19,014 nucleotides of DNA from a virus (taxonomy: Duplodnaviria > Heunggongvirae > Uroviricota > Caudoviricetes). The stretch is taken from positions 1 through 19,014 of the IMG/VR virus record IMGVR_UViG_2645727905_000013. The stretch is one strand, 5' to 3'. A program made the position numbers and the translations under genes. Of the stretch, positions 7,510 through 14,782 are shown piece after piece. Each line of letters starts with the position of its first letter. Within the stretch, counting starts at the first letter, position 1. The notes below the pieces were generated by a model that was not told the DNA's origin, did no database searches, and saw nothing but the letters and a program-made list of their open reading frames with translations.

Positions 7510-8319
7510 TCAATGAACGGTATCGAGCAGCTTTAACAGCTCAGGGAATCGGGATTCGAAGAAATGCGGCTGCGTCTCGCGCGGATTTGCGGGACTGGTG
7601 ATGTTCTTGCCGAACATGCAGCCTTTCGCCGTCAGCGACCAGAATTTTTTGATGTTGTTAATCGCAGTGCGGCTGTATCGTTCACGTTGTTCAACGATCC
7701 CCAGCTTCGCCATCTGGTGATATGCCTGATTAGCTGTCAGGCGGATACCATACTGCTTCAGCAGTGCACTCAGTGACAGCGTGGGGCGGCTTGAGCCATC
7801 AGGCGCGTCAGCAGGAGCATCAATGGCATAGCGCGGTGCCAGATTCGGTAAGCCAACAGCCTCCTGGAGTTTCTGACAGGCACCAAGCACTGAAGAGTTA
7901 GACAGGTTTAACTCCCGGCGCATAAAGTCCAGCAGGATCACGCCAGCCTGCATCTTGTCAGCAGCCTGTCCGGATAATTTTTCCGGTGCGCTGGTTACCA
8001 TATCGAAAGTACGGATCACCTTCAGATGGAATGACGGGCTGATCCACATTGCATAGGCATACACCAGTTCCTTGCAGACATATGTTCCCCGTTCATTTCC
8101 CCCATGAATCACACTCACCGGGTCAACACCCAAATTCTGGGTGTTGGTCAATTCATGAACAAGCTCAACAGTTTGTTGGCTGGAAAGAAACTTTCCCGGC
8201 TCCTTGGTTCTGGCATTTGCACCAGATGCTACTGCTGCGCGATGCAGATCGTTCAGGCTGTAACGCCCATAAGCATCACGACGAACTTCAATACCATCAA
8301 TGACCATCAGATTATTCAT
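7510..8319 (-). CDS. KilA-N domain protein (antirepressor-like)
   Basis: N-terminal MVIDGIEVRRDAYGRYSLNDLHRAA... is typical of the KilA-N domain. Start placed at the ATG at 8317-8319, which has a GAGGAG SD about 8 nt upstream. Confidence 0.65.
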   Translation of the reverse strand: MNNLMVIDGIEVRRDAYGRYSLNDLHRAAVASGANARTKEPGKFLSSQQTVELVHELTNTQNLGVDPVSVIHGGNERGTYVCKELVYAYAMWISPSFHLKVIRTFDMVTSAPEKLSGQAADKMQAGVILLDFMRRELNLSNSSVLGACQKLQEAVGLPNLAPRYAIDAPADAPDGSSRPTLSLSALLKQYGIRLTANQAYHQMAKLGIVEQRERYSRTAINNIKKFWSLTAKGCMFGKNITSPANPRETQPHFFESRFPELLKLLDTVH

Positions 8320-8338
8320 ACTTCGTTTCTCCTCTTGA

Positions 8339-8728
8339 TCAGGCGGCTGCACCCGCCGTTTTCTCGTACTTACTGATAGTGATCTCGACCTTCCCTTCCG
8401 GGATAACCGGTCCCCACTCCACCAGCATTCTTTTCACCTGACTGTCGTCTTCCCACACACCCGCGTGGGTCAGGGCGTCAAACAGCGCCTTGTTATAGTT
8501 GTCCAGATCGCGGATCCGGTTATCCGGAGGAAACAACACGATCTCCACTGAAGCAGGTGCCGACGTTGGTTTTGGCAGACGACGTAACTGCTCAACTATT
8601 GCTGCACACGCTGCGCTCTGGAATTTGCGCCCCGCCGCGCTTATCAGGCTCTTACCTGCAAACGCCCCTTTGTTGGGGTGTCGCCAGTACGTGTTCACGC
8701 TGGGCGGGAAAGGCAGGATCAGCTTCAT
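8339..8728 (-). CDS. rusA: Holliday junction resolvase RusA
   Basis: 129 aa; ...PPSVNTYWRHPNKG...RDLDNYNKALFDALTHAGVWEDDSQV... parallels E. coli RusA (PPSNNRYYRH...[27 protein letters not shown]). Its ATG overlaps the stop of the upstream gene. Confidence 0.8.
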   Translation of the reverse strand: MKLILPFPPSVNTYWRHPNKGAFAGKSLISAAGRKFQSAACAAIVEQLRRLPKPTSAPASVEIVLFPPDNRIRDLDNYNKALFDALTHAGVWEDDSQVKRMLVEWGPVIPEGKVEITISKYEKTAGAAA

Positions 8729-9051
8729 ACTTTCAGGCCCCTCTCATGTAACCAGTGGGCTGCACGCAGCCTGGCGTTTTCCTCACCGGCAAGCAGTGAG
8801 CGGATAATCCCGACCGCCTCGCTGTCGTCGTCCTTCACCGCGGTATGAAGCGTTATCCCCCGGGCCACGCCACGCTTTATCGTGATGACGCCTTTTTTCT
8901 CCAGCGCACGAAGATGCTCCACCGCTGCATTCACCGAACGGTATCCCAGCATGGTTGCCACCTCCTGATTGGTTGGTGGGAAGCCACGTTCTTTCTGATA
9001 AGAAATCAGCATATCCAGCACCTGCTGCTGGCATTGAGTTAACGTCGTCAT
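8725..9051 (-). CDS. LexA N-terminal DNA-binding-domain-only protein (no S24 peptidase domain)
   Basis: MTTLTQCQQQVLDMLISYQKERGFPPTNQEVATMLGYRSVNAAVEHLRALEKKGVITIKRGVARGITL aligns with the LexA N-terminus ([68 protein letters not shown]). It retains an AGE linker motif but ends about 25 aa later. Start (ATG at 9049-9051) overlaps the upstream stop (TAATG). Confidence 0.65.
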   Translation of the reverse strand: MTTLTQCQQQVLDMLISYQKERGFPPTNQEVATMLGYRSVNAAVEHLRALEKKGVITIKRGVARGITLHTAVKDDDSEAVGIIRSLLAGEENARLRAAHWLHERGLKV

Positions 9052-9545
9052 TAAGCCCCCACGTAATTCCCTGACAGATACCACTCTTCACCCGATGCAG
9101 CGCGCTTGCTGCTTTTCCGTAAGCACCGCTCACGACGCGCCAGAAAATTGTTTCGTTCTGGCTGGGAGTGGCTTTCACGGAATGCCGCCATCCACACGGT
9201 TGCAGCACGACGAAATAAGCCCCTGGACTCCAGTTCTTCCGCCTGGCGGGCCAGGCACAAAATCACCCGCGGGTCGTTAGTGCCGACATAGAAATTGCGC
9301 ACAGGTCTGGTTTCACGAACTGGTTGCCGTTCCGCCTCCGGAGATATCTTTGTCTGGCGCGGGAAATGTCTGCGTGTATCCCCTTCACAACGGTGAGCCA
9401 CACGCCCACTCTGACGTAACTTGCTTGCTGACTGCAGAACGCGCTGCCGTGAGTAACCTGCAAAAGCATCAGCAATGTCTCCGGAAGTACCCCCTGGATG
9501 GGCTTCAATGAATTTCTGAACTTCATTCAAAAGACTCATAATCAC
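9051..9545 (-). CDS. Hypothetical regulator; C-terminal region PerC/ANR-like
   Basis: 164-aa ORF whose ATG overlaps the stop of the replication gene (ATGA). C-terminal ARQAEELESRGLFRRAATVWMAAF...RRERCL resembles the recalled PerC/Pch motif GLWRRAAxRW. The N-terminal half may be a winged helix. Confidence 0.4.
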   Translation of the reverse strand: MIMSLLNEVQKFIEAHPGGTSGDIADAFAGYSRQRVLQSASKLRQSGRVAHRCEGDTRRHFPRQTKISPEAERQPVRETRPVRNFYVGTNDPRVILCLARQAEELESRGLFRRAATVWMAAFRESHSQPERNNFLARRERCLRKSSKRAASGEEWYLSGNYVGA

Positions 9546-10483
9546 CCCCTGAATCCTGCCGGGATCTGGCTGTAGTCCACATTGTCGTAACTGGCTTTGA
9601 AGTACGGGTCTTCACGTTTTTCTGTGTGCGTGCTGACGGACGGCGATAAGCGCAGGGAAAGCTCATCCCATTTTTCCCGCAACTTCGACGGGCTGAGCAC
9701 GTTACGGCACCAGAACGGATCGCGGCTGACGCGGCTGTACATCTCGCAGATTTGTTTGTGAGTACGACCATCCTGCACACACATCAGGCGAATTTCGTTT
9801 GCCCAGGCTGTCCAGTTCGGTTCTTTGGGACGAATCACCTCGCCGTCACATTCGGCGGCCTGCTCGTACAGGGCGATGATTTTTTTCCAGAGCCACTGTG
9901 CGCAGGTCAAATCATCCTGCGTTCCCCACTGACGCTTTTTAGGGCTGAATACAACCGCATCAGGATGGCGAGTTAAAAAATCCTGTTCATCCGTCTGCGT
10001 GTCCGGTTGCGAAGCGTCCGGACGAGAAGTTTTTTTATCTGACGGATCATGTTTTGATTTTACTGACGGATCCCCGCCAGATTCTGACGGGTGAAAACCC
10101 GCTTTTTTGCCAGATTTCGACGCATCAAATTTTGACGGGTCAGATTTTGATGCGTCAGATTTTGACGGGTCAGAATCTGACAGTTGAGAAAATGCCGCTG
10201 CCTGAAGCTTCGCAACGTTAAGCTGATAAACATTCGACGCATTGCGGTTACCCTGGCGACGCGCCTTACGCGTTAACCAGCCTTCTGCTTCCAGCCGTGC
10301 GATAGCCGTTCTGACGGTACTCATCCCCGCGCCAATCTGGCGGGCAATGGTTTCAATTGATGGCCAGCACACACCTTCGTCATTACTGAAATCAGCCAGG
10401 CGGGCCATAATTGCCACGCTGGATAACTTCATGCCTGATGCAGCGCAACCATCCCATACATAGCCGGTTAATTTAGTACTCAT
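9542..10483 (-). CDS. Phage replication initiation protein (lambda O-like role), N-terminal wHTH, internal repeat linker
   Basis: N-terminal wHTH-like segment SIETIARQIGAGMSTVRTAIARLEAEGWL. A repetitive linker (SDSDPSKSDASKSDPSKFDASKSG) is encoded by tandem 15-bp DNA repeats. Located downstream of cro and the cII-position genes. Confidence 0.6.
   Translation of the reverse strand: MSTKLTGYVWDGCAASGMKLSSVAIMARLADFSNDEGVCWPSIETIARQIGAGMSTVRTAIARLEAEGWLTRKARRQGNRNASNVYQLNVAKLQAAAFSQLSDSDPSKSDASKSDPSKFDASKSGKKAGFHPSESGGDPSVKSKHDPSDKKTSRPDASQPDTQTDEQDFLTRHPDAVVFSPKKRQWGTQDDLTCAQWLWKKIIALYEQAAECDGEVIRPKEPNWTAWANEIRLMCVQDGRTHKQICEMYSRVSRDPFWCRNVLSPSKLREKWDELSLRLSPSVSTHTEKREDPYFKASYDNVDYSQIPAGFRG
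10038..10185. repeat. Iteron-like tandem direct repeats (candidate replication origin) inside the replication initiator gene
   Basis: Four or more tandem 15-bp units (caaattttgacgggt, cagattttgatgcgt, cagattttgacgggt, cagaatctgacagtt) plus degenerate upstream copies, with an adjacent T-rich tract (agtttttttatc, 10029-10040). Confidence 0.55.
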
Positions 10484-10652
10484 GACCGACCTCTATTTCC
10501 CTGAATTTACGACGAAACTGTTCGAGCGGACTGAAGCATTCATGCTCATAACCTTCGCGGAGGTAGATAACCCGTTGTGTTTCCGGCTCCCAACGAATGA
10601 CTCTGACGGGCACTCCGTAGTGATCTTTGAACCAGCGGTTAACTTGTCGCAA
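10473..10652 (-). CDS. Small ORF (59 aa, TTG start) overlapping the 3' end of ORF 10493..10831; alternatively the displaced C-terminus of that gene
   Basis: AAGGAG SD 8 nt upstream of TTG; translation [59 protein letters not shown] is protein-like. Its stop overlaps the start region of the replication gene. Below the 60-aa ORF-track cutoff. Confidence 0.3.
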   Translation of the reverse strand: MRQVNRWFKDHYGVPVRVIRWEPETQRVIYLREGYEHECFSPLEQFRRKFREIEVGHEY

Positions 10653-10831
10653 AGGACTGTCTCCTTCTGCCGGTTGAAATCACCCACAGCCCACTCTGCA
10701 AAGCTGTGGGTTACAATTTCCCTGTCACCTGGTACATTCACTGCATAGCAATATTCCACCTTCGCTTTTCCACCCGGTACAGGAAGCGCAATCAGTTGCG
10801 AGCGACGGTAGTGTGTTGTTAAACTGTTCAT
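10493..10831 (-). CDS. Hypothetical protein (C-terminal third looks non-protein-like; possible frameshift)
   Basis: ATG overlaps the stop of the upstream gene (ATGA at 10828-10831), which supports the start. A second frame with a strong SD carries protein-like sequence over its 3' part. Confidence 0.35.
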   Translation of the reverse strand: MNSLTTHYRRSQLIALPVPGGKAKVEYCYAVNVPGDREIVTHSFAEWAVGDFNRQKETVLCDKLTAGSKITTECPSESFVGSRKHNGLSTSAKVMSMNASVRSNSFVVNSGK

Positions 10832-11442
10832 GCGTTAGTTTCTCCACAACCAGAAGCAATCGACGCCACGACGCCCGGAGCTGCACACTCGCGGGCGTCA
10901 TTACTTTCTGAAATGCAAAAAATTTTGTAGACAAGTGCTGCATGCTCCTGCAGCTTCGAAATTGAGAGATACAGCTCGTCGTTAATTGCTGTCTTCTCAT
11001 GCGGTTCCACTACACCGTCTTCAATTGCTGAACGAATCTGTTTTGAATAACTGCCGATCTGTTCAATGACTTCCAGCAGGCGCTGGTTAATATCGGCGTT
11101 GTCCACATCCTCGACGTCAGGAAGAGACACAAAGACGCCATTTGCAGACTGCGCCACAGCGTCAGCAATGAAGTGAGTTCCACCAGCACGTTGCAAAATC
11201 ATTGCCCATCCCAGCGGGAAAATCTGATCGCCATCTGCACGAAGGCGGTTAAATAATGCGTTCTCTGTTACATCCAGCCAGTCAGCTGCTTCAGCGTAAC
11301 CACCCGGCAACGCTGCGATAGTTTTTCTGACAGCTTTCACGTACCACTCAGGCTGTTTTTCTACTTTCCAGTGATGCTTACCCACGGTTAGCCTCATCGT
11401 TCTGTGGTTTCTGTTAATCGATTTATCCATTAGATTTTTCAT
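10828..11442 (-). CDS. Hypothetical early protein in the cII/YdaT position downstream of cro
   Basis: Long ORF directly following cro. Start uncertain: ATGs at 11440-11442 and 11428-11430 overlap or abut the cro stop; the ORF-track start at 11499 would overlap cro by 77 nt. Function not recognised. Confidence 0.4.
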   Translation of the reverse strand: MKNLMDKSINRNHRTMRLTVGKHHWKVEKQPEWYVKAVRKTIAALPGGYAEAADWLDVTENALFNRLRADGDQIFPLGWAMILQRAGGTHFIADAVAQSANGVFVSLPDVEDVDNADINQRLLEVIEQIGSYSKQIRSAIEDGVVEPHEKTAINDELYLSISKLQEHAALVYKIFCISESNDARECAAPGVVASIASGCGETNA

Positions 11443-11623
11443 AAAGCTCAGGTTTAAATGGCAACCGTCCGCAAGTTCTATATGCAGCTTCTGCTGCACG
11501 TCCTTTTGGAATTAACTGGCCCGGACGGTTTCGCCACTGATAAACGGCTTCAGTTGTTATGCCGAAAAAAGCAGCAACTTTCTCAATACTGCCGAAGTAG
11601 CTTTCGATATCGTCAGTTGTCAT
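11423..11623 (-). CDS. cro: Cro-like HTH regulator
   Basis: 66-aa HTH protein (GITTEAVYQWRNR) transcribed divergently from the CI-like repressor, with a GGAGGG SD upstream. Confidence 0.7.
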   Translation of the reverse strand: MTTDDIESYFGSIEKVAAFFGITTEAVYQWRNRPGQLIPKGRAAEAAYRTCGRLPFKPELYEKSNG

Positions 11624-11720
11624 ACGCCCTCCAAACTAAGTTTTATTAGATGCTAATTACAAATCTATCTTTGGTCAACAAAAACTAAGATTACTTAGTA
11701 ATTAAAGAAATGGTGCTCCT
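11624..11720. promoter_or_regulatory. cI-cro intergenic operator/promoter region (OR-like)
   Basis: 97-bp AT-rich divergent intergenic region containing the palindrome ACTAAGattaCTTAGT (11684-11699) and a further ACTAAG copy (11635-11640). A possible minus-strand promoter is TTGACC, 17 nt, TAGCAT. Confidence 0.5.
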
Positions 11721-12347
11721 ATGGAAACGGTTGGTCAGCGTATAAAAGCTCTGAGAAGAGTAACCAGAACGTCCCAGAAAGAATTGGGTAAATTTTGTGG
11801 AGTAAGCGACGTTGCTGTGGGGTACTGGGAGAAAGACATCAATACCCCTGGTGGGGAGGCACTTTCGAAATTAGCGAAGTTCTTCAATACGTCAATAGAT
11901 TACATTCTTTATGGTGCTGAGTTTGAAGGCAAACTCGTCACAAACATGCGCAGAGTTCCTGTAATATCGTGGGTTCAGGCTGGGCAGTTTACTGAGTGCA
12001 GGGCAGCAGAAGTGTTTAGTGAAGTGGACAAGTGGGTAGATACATCATTAAAGATTGGTGATAACTCATTTGCATTAGAGGTTAAAGGTGACTCCATGAC
12101 TAACCCTAATGGCCTCCCAACAATACCAGAAGGCGCAACAGTGATTGTAGATCCAGATGCAGAACCTCGTCATGGAAAAATAGTCATCGCTCGACTTGAT
12201 GGAACAAACGAAGCTACAGTAAAAAAATTAGTCATCGATGGCCCTCAAAAGTTTTTAGTGCCATTAAATCCTCGGTATCCCAACATCCCTATCAATGGTA
12301 ATTGCCTTATCATTGGTGTAGTCAAAGGAGTTCAATACGAACTCTAA
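11721..12347 (+). CDS. cI: CI-like prophage repressor (HTH-XRE N-domain plus S24 LexA-type autopeptidase C-domain)
   Basis: N-terminal HTH (QKELGKFCGVSDVAVGYWEKD), a putative Ala-Gly cleavage site (VQAGQF), catalytic Ser in GDSM and Lys in TVKKL. Confidence 0.85.
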   Translation: METVGQRIKALRRVTRTSQKELGKFCGVSDVAVGYWEKDINTPGGEALSKLAKFFNTSIDYILYGAEFEGKLVTNMRRVPVISWVQAGQFTECRAAEVFSEVDKWVDTSLKIGDNSFALEVKGDSMTNPNGLPTIPEGATVIVDPDAEPRHGKIVIARLDGTNEATVKKLVIDGPQKFLVPLNPRYPNIPINGNCLIIGVVKGVQYEL

Positions 12348-12357
12348 GACCTCTCTT

Positions 12358-12430
12358 TTCTAACTAAGGCACCGAACTAAGAAAAGTTTGGTGTTTTCTC
12401 TTGCCATAATAACTAAGTTAAGTTAGATTT
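12358..12430 (+). promoter_or_regulatory. Candidate OL/pL-like region downstream of cI (repeated ACTAAG motifs; possible promoter)
   Basis: ACTAAG at 12363-12368, 12377-12382 and 12413-12418, the same hexamer as in the cI-cro operators. Possible promoter TTGCCA (12401-12406), 17 nt, TAGATT (12424-12429). Confidence 0.25.
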
Positions 12431-12534
12431 TATGTCAAAGATAACGAACAGGCAGGACGCGCACGAAGTAGCCCGCCCGGTACGTACGAAGACCGGGATG
12501 ATTCGTTAGCGGATGATTTCAGTGGAGAGAATAG

Positions 12535-12843
12535 ATGAATGAGCAGGATTTGAAGCATGTGATCGCATTGTTGCTGGAAGACGCTAAACGTTTGCAGCAG
12601 ATAGAGCCAAATGCAGGCACTGAGGCCCGTATTTTGTTAGCAAAACAGGCATTAAAGACTTGCGGGGCGCAAGACCCTGATCGAACCAAGTTCATGAATT
12701 TCATGGCTAACACGATCACCCCACTGCCATGCAATGGAGAGAGGGTTAGCCGTGTTTATCACGACACAATGGTTAAGGCATTAAGAATCGAGCTTGATGG
12801 GCTTAGGCGTAAGATCGTGATGAACAAAATCGTTGCCAACTAA
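12535..12843 (+). CDS. Hypothetical immunity-region protein
   Basis: 102-aa ORF with a GGAGAG SD at appropriate spacing; first gene downstream of cI. No family recognised. Confidence 0.4.
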   Translation: MNEQDLKHVIALLLEDAKRLQQIEPNAGTEARILLAKQALKTCGAQDPDRTKFMNFMANTITPLPCNGERVSRVYHDTMVKALRIELDGLRRKIVMNKIVAN

Positions 12844-13122
12844 GGAAGCAGACGGAAGTAAGCATGCGCTTTGTTCAAATTTGCAGACAAATATATTTGC
12901 GTCAACACCAGCACTGTTAGCAATGGAAAAAGTTTGATCAAGGATTTGTTGGCAGTTCATTGTGCTTTTGAGGATATATCCCTCTGGAATCAGTCTGCAG
13001 CAGCTATCGTCAGACTCTTTGATTGTTTTCTGGTACAGAAAGTTAAGCATTAATTCTTCAAATTTTTTGGTCTGTTCGGCTGTTGCTTCAAACAGACGAA
13101 CGTGAACATAAAACTGGTTCAT
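12781..13122 (-). CDS. Hypothetical protein encoded antisense to the early-left operon (immunity-region moron candidate)
   Basis: ORF with an AGGAAA SD 5 nt upstream of the ATG at 13120-13122 (protein MNQFYVHVRLFEATAEQ...). Relatively AT-rich. Convergent with 12535..12843, overlapping it by 63 nt. Confidence 0.35.
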   Translation of the reverse strand: MNQFYVHVRLFEATAEQTKKFEELMLNFLYQKTIKESDDSCCRLIPEGYILKSTMNCQQILDQTFSIANSAGVDANIFVCKFEQSACLLPSASLVGNDFVHHDLTPKPIKLDS

Positions 13123-13401
13123 TAGATTTCCTTGCTGGCTGTGTGAGAACTCCAGCATACCACCGAGCCTGAAGTGGTGAAAAGACAGGCAATAGTTTCA
13201 TTGCTGTGTGTAGTCTTGGCGGTACCAGCTTGTACCCTTGCTTCCGGCTGGTACCGTCCTTTTTACAAAACAGAGAAGAGTATCACCGGACGACGGGCTC
13301 ATAACCCAATCCATCCGGGCGGCTGCCACCGCAGGTGTTCTTCTCTGTTTTGTGGAGAAACCAACCGACCTTGCAGGGTCGATATGATGAGGAGCAGCAA
13401 A

Positions 13402-13764
13402 ATGGCTAGCGAACGCAGTACTGATGTGCAGGCATTTATCGGGGAGCTGGACGGCGGCATATTTGAAACCAAAATCGGCGCTGTTCTCAGTGAAGTCGCT
13501 TCCGGTGTGATGAACACAAAAACCAAAGGGAAAGTCTCACTCAACCTGGAAATCGAACCATTTGATGAGAACCGTGTGAAAATCAAACACAAACTCTCAT
13601 ATGTTCGCCCGACTAACCGCGGGAAAATTTCCGAAGAAGACACCACCGAAACGCCGATGTATGTCAATCGCGGTGGTCGCCTGACTATTCTGCAGGAAGA
13701 CCAGGGACAATTACTGACTCTTGCCGGTGAACCTGACGGAAAACTCCGCGCAGCAGGTCGTTAA
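13402..13764 (+). CDS. Hypothetical phage protein (possibly YfdP-like)
   Basis: Strong GAGGAG SD 8 nt upstream of the ATG at 13402. The ORF-track N-terminal extension from 13174 is Cys/Arg-rich and implausible. Confidence 0.45.
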   Translation: MASERSTDVQAFIGELDGGIFETKIGAVLSEVASGVMNTKTKGKVSLNLEIEPFDENRVKIKHKLSYVRPTNRGKISEEDTTETPMYVNRGGRLTILQEDQGQLLTLAGEPDGKLRAAGR

Positions 13765-13829
13765 TATCGTTTTTAATAAACTGATTATTTATCTCATCAC
13801 TGAATATCTTTATATAGTGAGGACTTATT

Positions 13830-14654
13830 ATGTCTCAGAACTTAGACGCAACCGCAATTAATCAAATCCATGCCCTTATTTCTGCTCAGGGTGTTAATGA
13901 AATTATCAGTAAGATTGGTGCCGATGCTGTGGCATTGCCTGAGAATTTCCGCATTCATGATCTGGAAAAATTTAATTTAAATCGCTTCCGTTTCCGAGGT
14001 GCGCTTTCCACTGCAAGCATCGATGACTTTACCCGTTATTCTAAAGATCTTGCAGATGAAGGCACCCGCTGCTTTATCGATGCTGATAATATGCGTGCCA
14101 TCAGTGTGCTTAACCTGGGCACTATTGATGAACCAGGTCACGCAGATAACACCGCCACTCTCAAACTGAAAAAGGCAGCACCGTTCTCTGCTCTGTTGTC
14201 TGTTAACGGCGAGCGTAACTCCCAGAAGTCACTGGCAGAATGGATTGAAGACTGGGCCGACTACCTTGTGGGCTTTGATGCTAATGGTGACGCTATTCAG
14301 GCAACAAAAGCGGCTGCGGCTGTCCGTAAAATCACGATTGAAGCAAACCAGACCGCTGATTTTGAAGATAATGACTTCAGCGGCAAACGCTCCCTGATGG
14401 AGTCTGTCGAAGCGAAGACCAAAGATATTATGCCAGTGGCATTTGAATTTAAATGCGTTCCGTTTGAAGGTCTGAAAGAACGTCCGTTTAAATTACGTCT
14501 CAGCATTATCACTGGCGATCGTCCTGTACTGGTTCTGCGCATTATTCAGCTGGAAGCAGTGCAGGAAGAAATGGCTAACGAATTTCGTGATCTGCTTGTT
14601 GAGAAATTCAAAGACAGCAAAGTAGAAACCTTTATTGGTACTTTCACCGCCTGA
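13830..14654 (+). CDS. Hypothetical phage protein, 274 aa (YfdQ-like by size and context)
   Basis: Well-formed ORF with a GAGGA SD. Size and position next to an HD-domain gene match the yfdQ-yfdR arrangement recalled from the E. coli CPS-53 prophage. Confidence 0.5.
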   Translation: MSQNLDATAINQIHALISAQGVNEIISKIGADAVALPENFRIHDLEKFNLNRFRFRGALSTASIDDFTRYSKDLADEGTRCFIDADNMRAISVLNLGTIDEPGHADNTATLKLKKAAPFSALLSVNGERNSQKSLAEWIEDWADYLVGFDANGDAIQATKAAAAVRKITIEANQTADFEDNDFSGKRSLMESVEAKTKDIMPVAFEFKCVPFEGLKERPFKLRLSIITGDRPVLVLRIIQLEAVQEEMANEFRDLLVEKFKDSKVETFIGTFTA

Positions 14655-14666
14655 TTTCATTACTGC

Positions 14667-14688
14667 AAATGCCCCTGCGGGGGCATTT
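14667..14688 (+). terminator. Strong hairpin (possible partial terminator) between the 274-aa gene and the HD-domain gene
   Basis: Perfect 9-bp stem aaatgcccc/ggggcattt with loop tgcg; the downstream T-tract is short (ttt). Confidence 0.3.
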
Positions 14689-14782
14689 ATGGAGACGTAA
14701 TTAACTCAATAATCGCCGGATGGTAAGGGCTTCTTTTTACCAAAATTCAGTGCGGTGCAGCGCAAATAACGTGGAGAACAAA

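Noticed and set aside
6420-8376. Plus-strand ORFs (6420..6800, 6760..7125, 7163..7420, 7564..7776, 8049..8303, 8104..8376) opposite the early-right genes
   Set aside because: All antisense to the contiguous, translationally coupled minus-strand operon; no homology-like features.
8499-9280. Plus-strand ORFs (8499..8807, 8557..8751, 8845..9042, 9095..9280, 9106..9291) and minus-strand ORF 8783..9208
   Set aside because: Alternative-frame or antisense overlaps of the rusA, LexA-like and PerC-like genes; the chosen frames have homology support and coupled starts.
9263-9780. Minus-strand ORFs 9263..9526 and 9523..9780
   Set aside because: Alternative frames overlapping the 164-aa ORF and the replication gene, both of which have ATGA-coupled starts.
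10060-10242. 60-aa minus-strand ORF with repeated LTRQNL units
   Set aside because: Artefact of translating the 15-bp iteron array in a different frame from the replication gene.
10242-11000. ORFs 10242..10463 (+), 10482..10748 (+) and 10725..11000 (-)
   Set aside because: Antisense or alternative-frame overlaps of better-supported minus-strand genes.
11458-11649. 63-aa plus-strand ORF across cro
   Set aside because: Antisense to the Cro-like HTH gene and runs into the operator region.
12519-13053. ORFs 12519..12734 (-) and 12871..13053 (+)
   Set aside because: Each is antisense to a candidate with a convincing SD (12535..12843 and 12781..13122); kept in mind only as alternatives in this uncertain region.
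13174-13401. N-terminal extension of ORF 13174..13764
   Set aside because: The extension is Cys/Arg-rich and has no SD, whereas the internal ATG at 13402 has a strong GAGGAG.
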